From positions 1 to 49,631 of the forward strand of contig JAAPAO010000228.1 of NCBI GenBank assembly GCA_013115145.1: a stretch of 49,631 bases of DNA, in the 5' to 3' direction. The notes beneath the pieces are model-generated. The model did not search any database and had not been told where the DNA came from. It saw only the letters and a program-made list of their open reading frames with translations. Origin of the DNA: Perkinsus chesapeaki ATCC PRA-425. Taxonomy: Eukaryota > Protista > Perkinsozoa. Below, one piece after another: positions 21,736 to 33,045 of this stretch (position 1 is the first letter of the stretch; each line of letters starts with the position of its first letter). The position numbers were made by a program, and so were the translations under genes.

Positions 21736-23694
21736 ATGTGCGGCATCTTCGCCTACGTTGGAGACCGACAAGCTCTTCCTTGCCTTATCAAGGCACTTAA
21801 GCGTTTAGAATATAGAGGTTATGATTCAGCAGGTATCGGTATCCACAATGGCAAGGAGTTGAAAATTGCCAAGAAGGTCGGTAAGGTTGCCAATCTTGAG
21901 GCCTATTGTGGTGGTGTTAATAACCCCGAGTATGCTGGTACAATGGGTATCGCTCACACTCGTTGGGCTACTCATGGTGCTCCTACTGATGCTAATGCTC
22001 ATCCTCATTTCACTGAAGATCGTAAGATTGCTGTAGTTCATAATGGTATTATTGAGAACTACGCCAGTCTACGTGAGGAGCTAATCAATAAGGGTTATCA
22101 CTTCACTTCCGAGACCGATACCGAGTTGCTGGCTCATTTGGTCGCTGATGTCCGTAAGCAGATGGGTCCCGAGCCCTCTTGGTCGGTCGTTGTTTCCTGC
22201 GCCTTGGCTAACGTCACTGGTACTTACGGTGTTGTCTTTATGTTTGAGGATGAGCCCGATCTCCTTATCGGTGCTCGTAAGGGTTCCCCTCTGATCTTGG
22301 GTGTTGGTGATGGTGAGTACATGCTTGCTTCTGATGCCTCTGCTGTTGTCGAGTACACCAAGGACGTCGTCTACATCCGTGACGGTGAGCTGGTTGAGAT
22401 CCGCAGGTCTGGCTATCGTATTAGAAACATGAGTGTGATCAGTGATCGTCGTATGTCCGTCGATGAGGATATCGATAACAACCCGTTGGTCGAGCTTGAG
22501 CTATCTTTGGAGCAGATCGAGAAAGGTGGTTACCCTCACTTCATGCTCAAGGAGATCATGGATCAGGCCCGCTGTCTCGAGAACTCCTGCCGTGGTCGGC
22601 TATACAGAATAACAGAGGAGACTGGTGTGCCCGAAGATGCCATCTCTAAAAAATGGGGTATACGTTTGGGTGGTCTGGATGTTACCATTGATGGAAAGGA
22701 TCGCACGGCCTTACAGACTATTGCTGATGCCGATCGTATCATTATATGTGCTTGTGGTACCTCATGGCACTCTGGCCTTATTGGAGAGTACCTTATCGAA
22801 CAACTTGCTCGTATTAACGTTGAGGTTGAATATGCCTCTGAATTCCGTTATCGTAATCCCCTATTAACTCCTAAGGACGTTGTTATTGTTATTTCACAGT
22901 CTGGTGAGACCGCCGATACCCTCGAGGCCGTGCGTATCGCCAGGGAGTACGGTGCGACTCCTATTGGTATTGTCAACACCGTTGGCTCTACTATTGCTCG
23001 CGAGACTGACGCCGGTATCTACCTTCACGCTGGTCCCGAAATCGGTGTGGCTTCCACCAAGGCCTTCACTTCAGAGGTTATGGTATTGACTCTCTTAGCC
23101 TTGAGATTGGGCATGTGCAGGAAGACTATTGCCCCCGAGTACTTCGATACTTTGTGCGATCAGCTATCGGAGTTCCCCAAGACTATTGAGAGGGTTCTCA
23201 AGCTCAGTGGCAAGGTCAAGGACCTCTCTAGATTCTTCCGCTTGGCTCAGAACTTCCTGTTCCTCGGTCGTGGTATTCACTACCCTGTTGCATTGGAAGG
23301 TGCTTTGAAGCTTAAGGAGATATCTTATATTCATGCTGAAGGCTATCCTGCTGCTGAGATGAAGCATGGTCCCATTGCTTTGATTGATCGTTTGATGCCT
23401 GTTGTCTGTATTGCCCCCAAGAGTGATCCTACCTACGATAAGGTTAAGGCTAATATCGAAGAGGTTAAGGCTCGTAACGGTGATCTTATCATCCTGACCG
23501 AGGAGGGAAATTACGACTTGGATAGGTTCGCCGGTGACAAGGATTTTGTCATTCGTGTGCCGACTGTCGATATTGTTTTACAGCCTATTGTGTTCACAAT
23601 ACCGCTGCAAATGCTTGCGTATTATATTGCCGACCTTCGTGGCTGCTCTATTGATCAGCCGAAGAATCTGGCCAAATCTGTAACTGTCGAGTAG
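21736..23694 (+). CDS. glmS: GFAT/GlmS copy 3, intronless, 652 aa
   Basis: Complete ORF with MCG and LAKSVTVE. Carries STKAFTSE (Q to E) and PKNLAK (R to K) variants. Confidence 0.99.
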   Translation: MCGIFAYVGDRQALPCLIKALKRLEYRGYDSAGIGIHNGKELKIAKKVGKVANLEAYCGGVNNPEYAGTMGIAHTRWATHGAPTDANAHPHFTEDRKIAVVHNGIIENYASLREELINKGYHFTSETDTELLAHLVADVRKQMGPEPSWSVVVSCALANVTGTYGVVFMFEDEPDLLIGARKGSPLILGVGDGEYMLASDASAVVEYTKDVVYIRDGELVEIRRSGYRIRNMSVISDRRMSVDEDIDNNPLVELELSLEQIEKGGYPHFMLKEIMDQARCLENSCRGRLYRITEETGVPEDAISKKWGIRLGGLDVTIDGKDRTALQTIADADRIIICACGTSWHSGLIGEYLIEQLARINVEVEYASEFRYRNPLLTPKDVVIVISQSGETADTLEAVRIAREYGATPIGIVNTVGSTIARETDAGIYLHAGPEIGVASTKAFTSEVMVLTLLALRLGMCRKTIAPEYFDTLCDQLSEFPKTIERVLKLSGKVKDLSRFFRLAQNFLFLGRGIHYPVALEGALKLKEISYIHAEGYPAAEMKHGPIALIDRLMPVVCIAPKSDPTYDKVKANIEEVKARNGDLIILTEEGNYDLDRFAGDKDFVIRVPTVDIVLQPIVFTIPLQMLAYYIADLRGCSIDQPKNLAKSVTVE

Positions 23695-24272
23695 GTTCGA
23701 GGAAAGCATCTCCGGCTTGCTCGTTTTCGAGCAAGGATGACCTACAACTTTCGATGACTGTGTCTCTAACTTGCGCACTTTTCTGTATGAAATATAAAGT
23801 GCATTCAATGCCTTCGCTACCGTTATTTACTCAGTATCATCACATTGTGACTCCAATACTATCTTAAACCTGATTCGTGTACATTCTCCTTTTTCTCATC
23901 AACCTATCTCACGAGTAGTGTTTTCATAGTTGTTAGAGGGATACACACTTGTAAATTCCACCAAACCGGCATACGGGAAATCTCTATCGCTGAGTAATTC
24001 GCTTGTGGAGTCTGGGTGGATTATGCTCGAATAAGGGTTCGGAAGATTCGTGCGGCTTTGTGGATATTCAAGCCACATAAGAGGCACGAAAATACGAATG
24101 AGAAAGCGTGTCAGATTTGCAGGTCGGTTCCCGCTCTGGACTGTCGTTTCGCGGCGCGCGGCTAAGTGCTGTTTTAGTTTACTCAATATATCGTTGTCAA
24201 GTGGTTACTCAATATAACTCAAAGCACTTGGCTGAATGTCAGCTTCTCTCATAACACAATAGAAAACAAGAT

Positions 24273-27200
24273 TTAAAGGTGGCACGCAATCATCGAGTCA
24301 AGGTCACCTCGAATCACATCCACTGCCTGCCAGACTTCCAGTGTGGTAACTGCATAGAATGCGTTAAGAAAGAGTATCATAACGACCGATCTCACTCGCT
24401 TCTTTCAGCCACTCATCAACCTCGGTGCGCGTTTCTCCTGTTGTGTCCTTCAGATGGGCCACGGCGCCGACGAGGCTAACAATGACCTTCACTAGTTTGC
24501 CTGCTCAACGCATAACTTACTCTCCCCTATCCAGCGATCGCGCTGCCCGTGTTATACTGTTAAGGTTTTTAGATGTCGGATCGGTAAATGGCAGAAGGGA
24601 AGTGCGATAAACTGAAATATACAACTCAGGCAGGAATCAGGAATGATAACTCACATTCCTCCGGAGCACCGTCTGCTCCTTCTTTCTTCATCTCATCAGC
24701 ATCTCTTCTATCAAGTCTATACAGGGACGCAAAAACGCGAGCCAGCATCGTGCTCATCATGGTTGGCTTCTCGGGCATGAACGCCGAAGTTACAAGCCGA
24801 GGCAGCTGACGTTCAAAACGAACCTGACAAAATGCCATCCGAAGAATACAGGCGGAAAATGTCCCACCTTGAGGGCTCCAGCGCTGTACACTGGTGGGAG
24901 AGGAGATGGTAAAGTGTCTAGAACAACAGCCTTGGTCTCATTACGGATGGAGGGAAGCTGAAAATATCATTAATAAAAGAGTCGGTTCATTCCACCGCAT
25001 GTGAAGAGTGAAGATGCAGCGGCGGTTGAAGCCATAAAGTAAAGTGGCCTTCTTTGGGTTGCAACGAAGTTATTCTTACATCTGCAAACTTCGCTATGGT
25101 ATCTCGAACGTCGCCTTTATCATGCATCAAATCCATTGATAACGACAAAGCTGATTGACTAGCAAAGGCCACTGAGGGAATGAAAGTCACTGCGCCACAA
25201 AACTCTGTAGTCCTACCGTCCATGGCAGCGTGCTTGTCTTCATCCAAAGAATTGAGGGCAACTTCGAGTGCGGCAACTTCGCCCTTCAAGCCAGCAACGT
25301 CACCCTGAAGCCATGCGTATGCGTGCAACAATTCATACCGCTCTTTCTTGGCAAATCTTACTGCGTGCTCGGACATAATCGAATCCAATCGCTCAGCGAA
25401 ATCCATTTTCATATCGGCCATCTCATCAGTCACCGTATTCAACTAAATAAAAATGCCTCTACCAGGGATCGAATCTATGCTTCACCACCCACCTCCTCCT
25501 CGTAATGGGCTCTGGCCTTCTCCGAAGCTTCCGCCGCTGCCACTGTGATCCTCTCAGCAGCATCAGTTGCATCATCGAACCTCCTCCCTGTTATCTCAAC
25601 AAGTCTATCGACCAACTCCTCAGTAGAAAGATCTGTAATGAGAAGAGATAATTCTGCCATCTACGAGATTGCTTCCAGATCTCAGCATTCACATCAAATT
25701 AGTTTTTCACTTCCGGCTCGCATTAATCCTACGTACTGAGCACCGGCCGATTCGACCTCTCATAAATGCATTTATAAAGCTGTTATCAATAGATCAATTA
25801 GTGGCAAGTATGAACTGTCTCACAGTGGGACGATAATTTCCCAGCTTTGCCTCTGAAGCCATCCTTCTCACTTTGGCATTCACGTCTTTCTATTTCCATG
25901 GCGCCCTCCTTGGTAGTAGGATCGGGGGTATCTTCGGCAGTAGCAGAATCTTTATCGGGTTCGTAATCCTCGCTCAACCTCGGTTCGGATTCAGAAGCGG
26001 TCACCTGTGCGGTTATTCCGAACTCGCTTCGGCCGAAGATCCACACTTACCTCCGAAGCCTGGTCTTGTTCTCCCTCACTAGAAATCGTATCTTTCGCAC
26101 TCGGAAGATTCTCCTTCTGTTCCTGGTGGCCACCAAGCTGGATCTCTTCAATTGGTAACTTCTCCTCCCAACTTGATAGAGACATCTCCTCGCCCGGAAG
26201 AACTCCTTCATCCGATGAATTCTCCGCAGTGCGGAGCTTATCGGAGATCTTCACATCATTGGCAACATCTGCACTCTCTTCACCCGTACTTCCACTGCCC
26301 TCCTGCGCACTCGAAAGATTCTCCTCCTCCTTAGGCTGCGCACTCGAAAGATTCCCCTCCTCCACTGGTTGCGCACTCGAAAGATTCCCCTCCTCCTCTG
26401 GTTGCGCACTCGAAAGATTCTCCTCCTCTGGTTGCGAACTCGAAAGATTTTCCCCCTCCTTAGGTTGCGCACTCGATAGACTCTCACTAGATTTCCCAGC
26501 TTCAACCGGTACGACTTTAAGCGCTTCAGCAAGAGAAGGGTCCGAGCTCTTAGCACCAACAGACTCGGCCTCGCTCACAGCCTTCTCCACGGCGGTATTG
26601 GTATCGCCCTTCTCTATCCTAACAAGGCAAAGATGGAACAAACGTGATTTACATAGGATTTCGCTGTCTAACAGTTACCGTAAGATTCTCCCCTATATAC
26701 CCTCTCCTATTCAAAGATAATCTACCAACAACCATCATCACGGAATCGAGATGAAATACGGAGCAATTACAATTATTATATTATATAAACGTTTACTATA
26801 TAATAATAAAGTTCTGCCAGGAATGTCGGTCCTAGACTGAAGTCAAGCAACATCGTTCAATCTTCCAGGGAACATTCTATCATTATCTACGACTCAAGTC
26901 TCTGCGATTTCGCACGCATGCACCTACCGCTCGCCCTCCGAACGACTCGTCCAACAAGCCAAATCAGAAATTGGAAATCCGTAGAAGATTCAACTGTTCT
27001 AAAGATCGGTAAGAGTATCTTGGCTTGATGCAAAACTTACGCCTAGTGTGTTGAAATCGATCGAGTAATCGATATTTAAATCCAACATAAACTTACTTTC
27101 CTAGGAACCTCTTCATTTCCGGGAAGTCGTCGATATTATTATTAATATAAAAACCAGCTCCAACACCAGCGGCAGCAGATAAGGCCACAAACCGGGGACC

Positions 27201-27768
27201 CCAGCCTAATGGATAGTAATGTAGGCTACACACGGGACAACCCAGGTTCTATCCCCACCAACCGTAATTAAATCATAATTGTGATGCCATACTCTAGCCA
27301 ACAAAGCCAGGAGAACGATACAGAAAAACGGTTTTCCCCTTAGGTATAAGGGGAAAACCCGAAAACCGAAAACCCGATTCAAAAAGTCCAAAAATGGTCC
27401 CTTAAACACACCCATCAGACATTATTCCATCACACATCGTTTACTTCCCCAAGGCTCGGCTGCCGCGCCTCATGCATTGGACTTGAGGTGACATTTTACA
27501 CTTCAGGAGGCCCAACTCGAAATAGGCTTTTAAACTTGCTGCTGTAAACTGTTTTCTCTATAAACTTTTCCAACTGTAAAGCTGGGCCGAAATCATATCT
27601 CATCGATCAGTAGTAGGTCCCGGCTCATTTATTACGTGGTTTGCTGGCAGCCTGCCTCGCCGCTTCAACGCTTGCTGCTGCTCCCGCTGTCTTCTGAGCT
27701 GATGTTCTTGTCGCTTCTTCTAGAAGATACCGACTCAGACGAATAGCATTTGTTGATGATGATGTCAT
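24273..27768 (-). CDS. MIC60: Probable MICOS subunit MIC60/mitofilin (multi-exon)
   Basis: Presequence-like start MTSSSTNAIRLSRYLL; splice 27635-27206 gives SKPRWGPRFVALSAAAGVGAGFYINN (single TM); long acidic/coiled-coil middle. The C-terminal segments RFERQLPRLVTSAFMPEKPTMMSTMLARVFASLY and ITRAARSLDRGDLVGAVAHL...VDEWLKEA...LEVWQAVDVI match the mitofilin-domain pattern (RF..ASL.P..G..S, RA...L..GDL..A...W L.EA..LE..Q). Several middle exons are unresolved. Confidence 0.72.
26304..26485 (-). repeat. 33-bp coding minisatellite (~5.5 units, one of 30 bp) encoding SSAQP(E/K/V)EEGNL-type repeats
   Basis: Units begin tgcg(c/a)actcga at 26304, 26337, 26370, 26403, 26433 and 26466; in frame within ORF 25991..26641. 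Confidence 0.95.
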
Positions 27769-28306
27769 AGAAAATTTTACGCCAAATAAATGGAAAAAAT
27801 CAAACCTATTCGGAAATGGTAACATCATGTTACTAACCATGAACACCCTACGTGAACATAATGCACGCTTAGAGCTAAGATACTCAACTTATCACTTTTC
27901 CTAGTGTTCTTCTCCCGATACCGAATATGAAAATGAGAGAAGGATGGATTATTGCCACTATGAGCCTGAGTGTCGTGACGCTAAAAAGCGGCACTCCAGC
28001 GAATGTATATATCTTTGATACGATCGGTACCTCCCCATGATTCTAGATCGGGCAAAGCTCTTCTGCCGGCAGATGAAACTTTCGAATGAGTTGACGAAGC
28101 AGGTCCATGGTACCGTTACCAAATGGCGTTCTTAATTTCACTTTGAAATTGCAGTACCTAACGTTCTTGGAATTCACATTTCGCAGAAAAAGCGGAAATT
28201 TTCCAGAAGAAAACATAACAAAGCGACACAGAGCGAACTCAGCTTCCCCACCATAATATTTACTCTGCCTTTCCCAGTAACAATAAAGCTAGAGGTGTCA
28301 GAAACT

Positions 28307-31300
28307 TCACCGTTCCGTTCGCCAAGCGAATAAGCTCCTGATTTTATCCATGAATGTCATCTCTTCTATCTCCTCATCAATTTCCTCATCCTCCTCAGGA
28401 AGCTCTCCCTCCCATTCAGATTCTCTTATTTTCGCTATTCTCAATTTTTCATCCTTATTAGGCATCTCGAACGAATACAAAGGTTCATCATCGTCCCTAT
28501 ATTTACCCTCCAAAGGATGCCGTTCGACAATGGCTGGCCGAGGAGGAACAACAGGCGTCGGGTCCCACCTAGCAGCAATTCCGTGGCGCGTGACGAAAAT
28601 GATATCCGAATAGTGACTTTTTACTAAATAGTTGCCTGATAATCTCGAAAATTTCGCCTACACTCCTACAGCATCCTACACCAGACAAAACTCAATATTT
28701 TAAACCCGTCTGCCGTTACTAAACCCCCCTATGAAAGCTCGAGCTCACCTCTAATAAAGATTGAACGAGGTGAGGGAAATAATCAAGACGCCCAGATGAT
28801 CCAAAGCTCTCCAAAGGCAAATCCGTTCATTACAGTTCTCTGATCTCCTCATGTATATAATCATATTCTCCATTTGGATTGGCAATAATTCTAAGGATGC
28901 CTCCAAAGGACATAGCTGCCAGAATGGCCTTGAATGGTATCAAGTTCAGGAACCGATCGCCTGATGGACTGGTTAAGCATCCAGACTAGTGATCGAAAGG
29001 TCCCGCGTTCGAAGATTGAAGCGCTGAAAGTTCTGTAAAGTTTAGCTTCGCTCCGCCCCTTCTCTATTACTCTCTCCTCCATGTACAGCATAGATTGTCT
29101 GAGAAGGATGCCTCCTTTGACTTAGACGACACCCAACAGCTGCGGCTTGTCGAAACATTTATAAGAAAAATGTAAAGGGTCATAAGTAGAAGTAGGCTAG
29201 GTAACAGTGGCGTCCTCCCCGACACCGCCGTTTTGCCCATTTTGCCGAAAATGCCGGCTTATAATTGAACCTCTCCTCATAAAGTCAAGCCCCCTCCCAA
29301 TTTTGCAAGCCTAAAATGCTTTTAGTACTTCTGGTCCAGAAGTCACGAATTAGGACTCTCCAGAAATCCTAGTCGGAATCCACAGGTTCTAATGAGTCCT
29401 GACACATCAGGAATTCGAGACTTGTTGTACACAGGAAAGTTCGAAACACCGAGCGAACTGTCCTCTTTTTGAAGTCTGAGAGTCAGAATCGATTCATTTG
29501 TAAGAAGGAATCTGAGTAGTAAAATCAGCTAATTGCACGACCACAGTTCACATAGTGCCACCATTCGATCTACAACTAGAATGCCAGCTTAACCAAGCCA
29601 ACGAAGGGCGCAGAAGAGAAACGATACGACAAACTCTGAAGAGCTTATTCTTCCCAGTGTTGCTTTTTAATCCCGATAAAAATCTTAACCAGCTTGCAGC
29701 TGACATCCCCCTTTCCAAGCACCACACCAAATTCAACGAGTTAAAACTCTCATGACTATTACAGAAATAATGACCGCTGCGCCACAAAATTAATAACGAC
29801 CATTTGCATCTTCGAATCGAGACTCCTTTGGTGGGAACCTGTCACACGCACGGTCGAAGCTAGGATACGTTCCAGCATAACCACGAAACTAAACTGAGTT
29901 TTTTGAACTTGATTAACCAAGACGCCGCGGACACGCTCATCAGCCGCCTCAAAATAAGAATAAATACAAACCGTACGTGAATGCTCTTTCCACGAACTTT
30001 GAAACCGGTTGTGAGAATGGAGTGTGAAATTCCCGAACATATTACAAATTTTTCATCACTTTTCTGGTCATCGGCAACTCATCCGGGTTGAGAAGAACAA
30101 AGGCGATCATACCCACACTGGTCAGACCGATCATGCTACCATACACGGATAGTCTTTCACGATCTGAAAGGAAGCACGCTCCAACCTAAGATACTGTCGA
30201 GGTAACCAAGATACGATTGCGCGCTGCGAAGATTATAACTGGAGTCCAGAAAATATATTTCAAAAAGCTGTCTTGTAGTCCAAGGCAACCCTTCCATTAA
30301 TTCGTTGGTGACCAACGTAGTGCACTCCCCTTGCTAAATAAAACTTGACCAGCATGATAAATTATCATGGCTTGGACAAGTTAACTTACCAAGCGAATCT
30401 TAATGACTTCCAACACTAATGTTTTTTACCATCACAATCACTGAACCAAATAGTACGGGAGAGTTCACTCAAAACGACCACTAATGCTAATCGATCGGAT
30501 GATCGATCATAAGATCCCTTACACAGCAAAAGTGCCGAAATTGTCTTCCCTCAATTCCACCACCCCTCCCATGCCTATTACAAGTGACTCTCCTTCCATC
30601 TCTAGTTGACAAAGTCGATCTTCTTGGATTTTCAAAGTAAGTCCAGTTCAGCCTTGCCGCTCGCCGCAGGAACATCTCAGAACACCAACAACCAACTTAT
30701 TAATAATTTCACACAAGTCGAAAATTTCATCTTCGCGACCCTCCCCGAACCCCGCATCACCGCGAAACTCCACTGTGAGGATTCTGCAATGTTTCCAGAT
30801 TTTGCAAATATGCCTCTGTAACCCCCAAACACTACACAAAGACAATGCACTGAAACATTCAATCATTAAAAAACTTCGCTCCGCCATTAATACCCTCTTC
30901 CCTCAATTATTGCTCTTTCCCTTCTAACTTTCCTACCACTCATATAACCTGTAAATAATATAATTCCAGCTCCGATGGGATAAACCCATCTCCAAGCTGC
31001 CGCTGAATTATCCTCAATGGTCGGTCCTCCTGTTGGATTTGCCCATGCTGAAAAAATGATGTCGCCCGGGATCGAACTTAGATCGATAATATAATAGAAT
31101 TCACACGAGCATTTCCGATTTCACCCGTGAGATGTTCTTAAGGCATTCTCAAAGAAATACAGTTGCGCTTGCCTTTGTAAGGAGTCGTCCGACCGGGCGT
31201 CCAGGAACCGGAAAATTTCAGTAGGTTCTCTGATTTGAACACCACCAGGATCATCTCTCACTTATAGGATTCCCAACATCTTTAGATGTATTCCCTTGTG

Positions 31301-31436
31301 CTCCTTCCCCCTTCTCCTTCCCTTCTTCCTTCCCATCCGAGCTTTTCCCCGTGCAAAATGCAGCCCTATTAACACCAATAAAACGACTCTGCCTTAACAG
31401 TGCCGTTCTTGAACCACGACGGAGAGGGGCCAACAT
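28307..31436 (-). CDS. Hypothetical multi-exon protein with a mitochondrial-type presequence and one predicted TM segment
   Basis: Start MLAPLRRGSRTALLRQSRFIGVNRAAFC is Arg/Ser-rich with no acidic residues. Phase-compatible exons give ...WANPTGGP...AWRWVYPIGAGIIYLQ..., ...WECTTLVTNELMEGLPWTTRQLFEIYF... and the acidic terminal exon 28307-28600. No family recognised; model partial. Confidence 0.5.
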
Positions 31437-32015
31437 TTATAAAGAGGAAAACTGCAGCAGCAGAGAAGGAAAGGAGTTTTGGCCAGCTATCCCAAAACCG
31501 AAGTCCATTCTCCCGCCTACCGGTATCAACATCACTCACAACCATAAAATTTACACTCGAAACTGAAAATCCGAAAATCGCATATTTTCACTGCGGCATT
31601 TTCTAACATACACGCCTCGAGTGATGCATGTGGTCGACTCTATGTTGCCGAGTAAAGAAAGATTATTCGAGATAGTTTCGCCGGTCGATTATTAGATCTT
31701 CCGCGAGACCCAACAAGCGCCTTCCTCTCTAGGGATTCGGTGAAAAGATTCTATCGCTCCATTGGAGGAAGCTGAGAAATATTACAGTACTGATTTTAAA
31801 AATAGTCCACCTTTAACACAACAATACATAATCCCGCGTCCATATGGCTTGTGCATGTTGATCCGCCACACTCCCCAAATGAAGCAGCTATGTGAACTTT
31901 CATACCGACTTTTCCCCAACTAATTAAAATTCCCACTCATACACAACACGTATCCCTCCAACAAGAACATCACTAAACATGGTCATACCTCATCATCCTC
32001 TAACCTAAAACTATT

Positions 32016-33045
32016 TCACTCGCCACGAAATTCATACCTCTCCAACCTACTTGTATCGCTCCTAACCTTCAGCGCTGCCTTAATAGCATTCTCAATACTT
32101 TTCCGTCGAACCTCCTCCCCTCTTTCCGACACTCCTTTCTTATTACGAGCCACTTCCACCTTTTTCAATGGAGTAACTTTGGCACTTCCCGTTGCCGACG
32201 GAGTAACTAAATTACTCTTAATTTTCAACCTTTCACGACAATTCATGTCACTCGCAAAACCAGTGTATGATTCAGCACTTTTTTGGTAACATTATTGGTC
32301 CCAGAGCGATCCACACTATATAGAGCTCCCATCTACTTCTCTCAAACTTTCAAGGCTGGGATTTTCGACGTCAGAGTTCTCTATAAATGCTACAAGGACA
32401 CTCATCCACAGTAAACCCGAGAATCAGTACATTCCCTAACGTACACTAACTTTGTTAATAGCTAGCAGGAAGGCCTACTCATGACCTAGTACACTTGCCT
32501 GATTCCCCATGAGTTTTTCTACCACATTTCCTTCCTATCCGCCCCTTTATTACCTCCTCTCGGTGTACTATTATTCTTAACCGTTGTTTCAGTCAATGCC
32601 TTCAACTCATCAATTCCCATCTTTCTAGATTGAATATCCTTCTCTTTAGCTTCTAGTAACCTACCATCCATTCTTAAACCACTCACACTACGCTCCTCAA
32701 ATACTCAATACCACAGAGACATTCTATCACTTCCGCTGCCAACTACTACTCAAGCCAGGAGCAGCAAACCGGTGATACATTATCCCGGAAATAAGATACT
32801 ATATGATATACCGATTATATAGGGAATATATGAGCTTTGTACCATACTCTTAATAATTCTACCTCTCATATCTACCTATTGCACATAGCACCACTTTACA
32901 TTGCAGCCAGACAACGGGGCAATCGCACACTTCGATTTCCGGTCCTCTATTACTTAGCCTCATCATCATCTTTACAAAGGACATCATCCTCAACAGCTGC
33001 CGCATCAAATGATGGTTGCGCACCATCTTCACATTCAACCACCTA
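32016..33045 (-). CDS. Unresolved coding exons with charged low-complexity sequence; either a 3' extension of TRMT2A or a separate gene
   Basis: Exon-like segments VVECEDGAQPSFDAAAVEDDVLCKDDDEAK (33045-32954), MDGRLLEAKEKDIQSRKMG... (~32700-32554) and ORF 32016..32246, with GTAATA donors at 32953 and 32553. Phases could not be fully reconciled. Confidence 0.35.

Noticed and set aside
16407-23367. Repeated antisense ORFs within the GFAT genes (e.g. MNYSNLTIFSEM…, 71 aa, three times)
   Set aside because: These are shadows of the T-ending codon bias and near-identical sense sequences; there is no independent coding signal.
26007-26720. 237-aa plus-strand ORF with CALERF repeats
   Set aside because: It is the antisense reading of the 33-bp minisatellite exon of the MIC60-like gene.
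13584-31436. Functional cluster of mitochondrial genes (AFG1, MIC60, orphan)
   Set aside because: They are interrupted by the GFAT array, and three mitochondrial genes in 18 kb is plausible by chance; there is no shared regulatory evidence.
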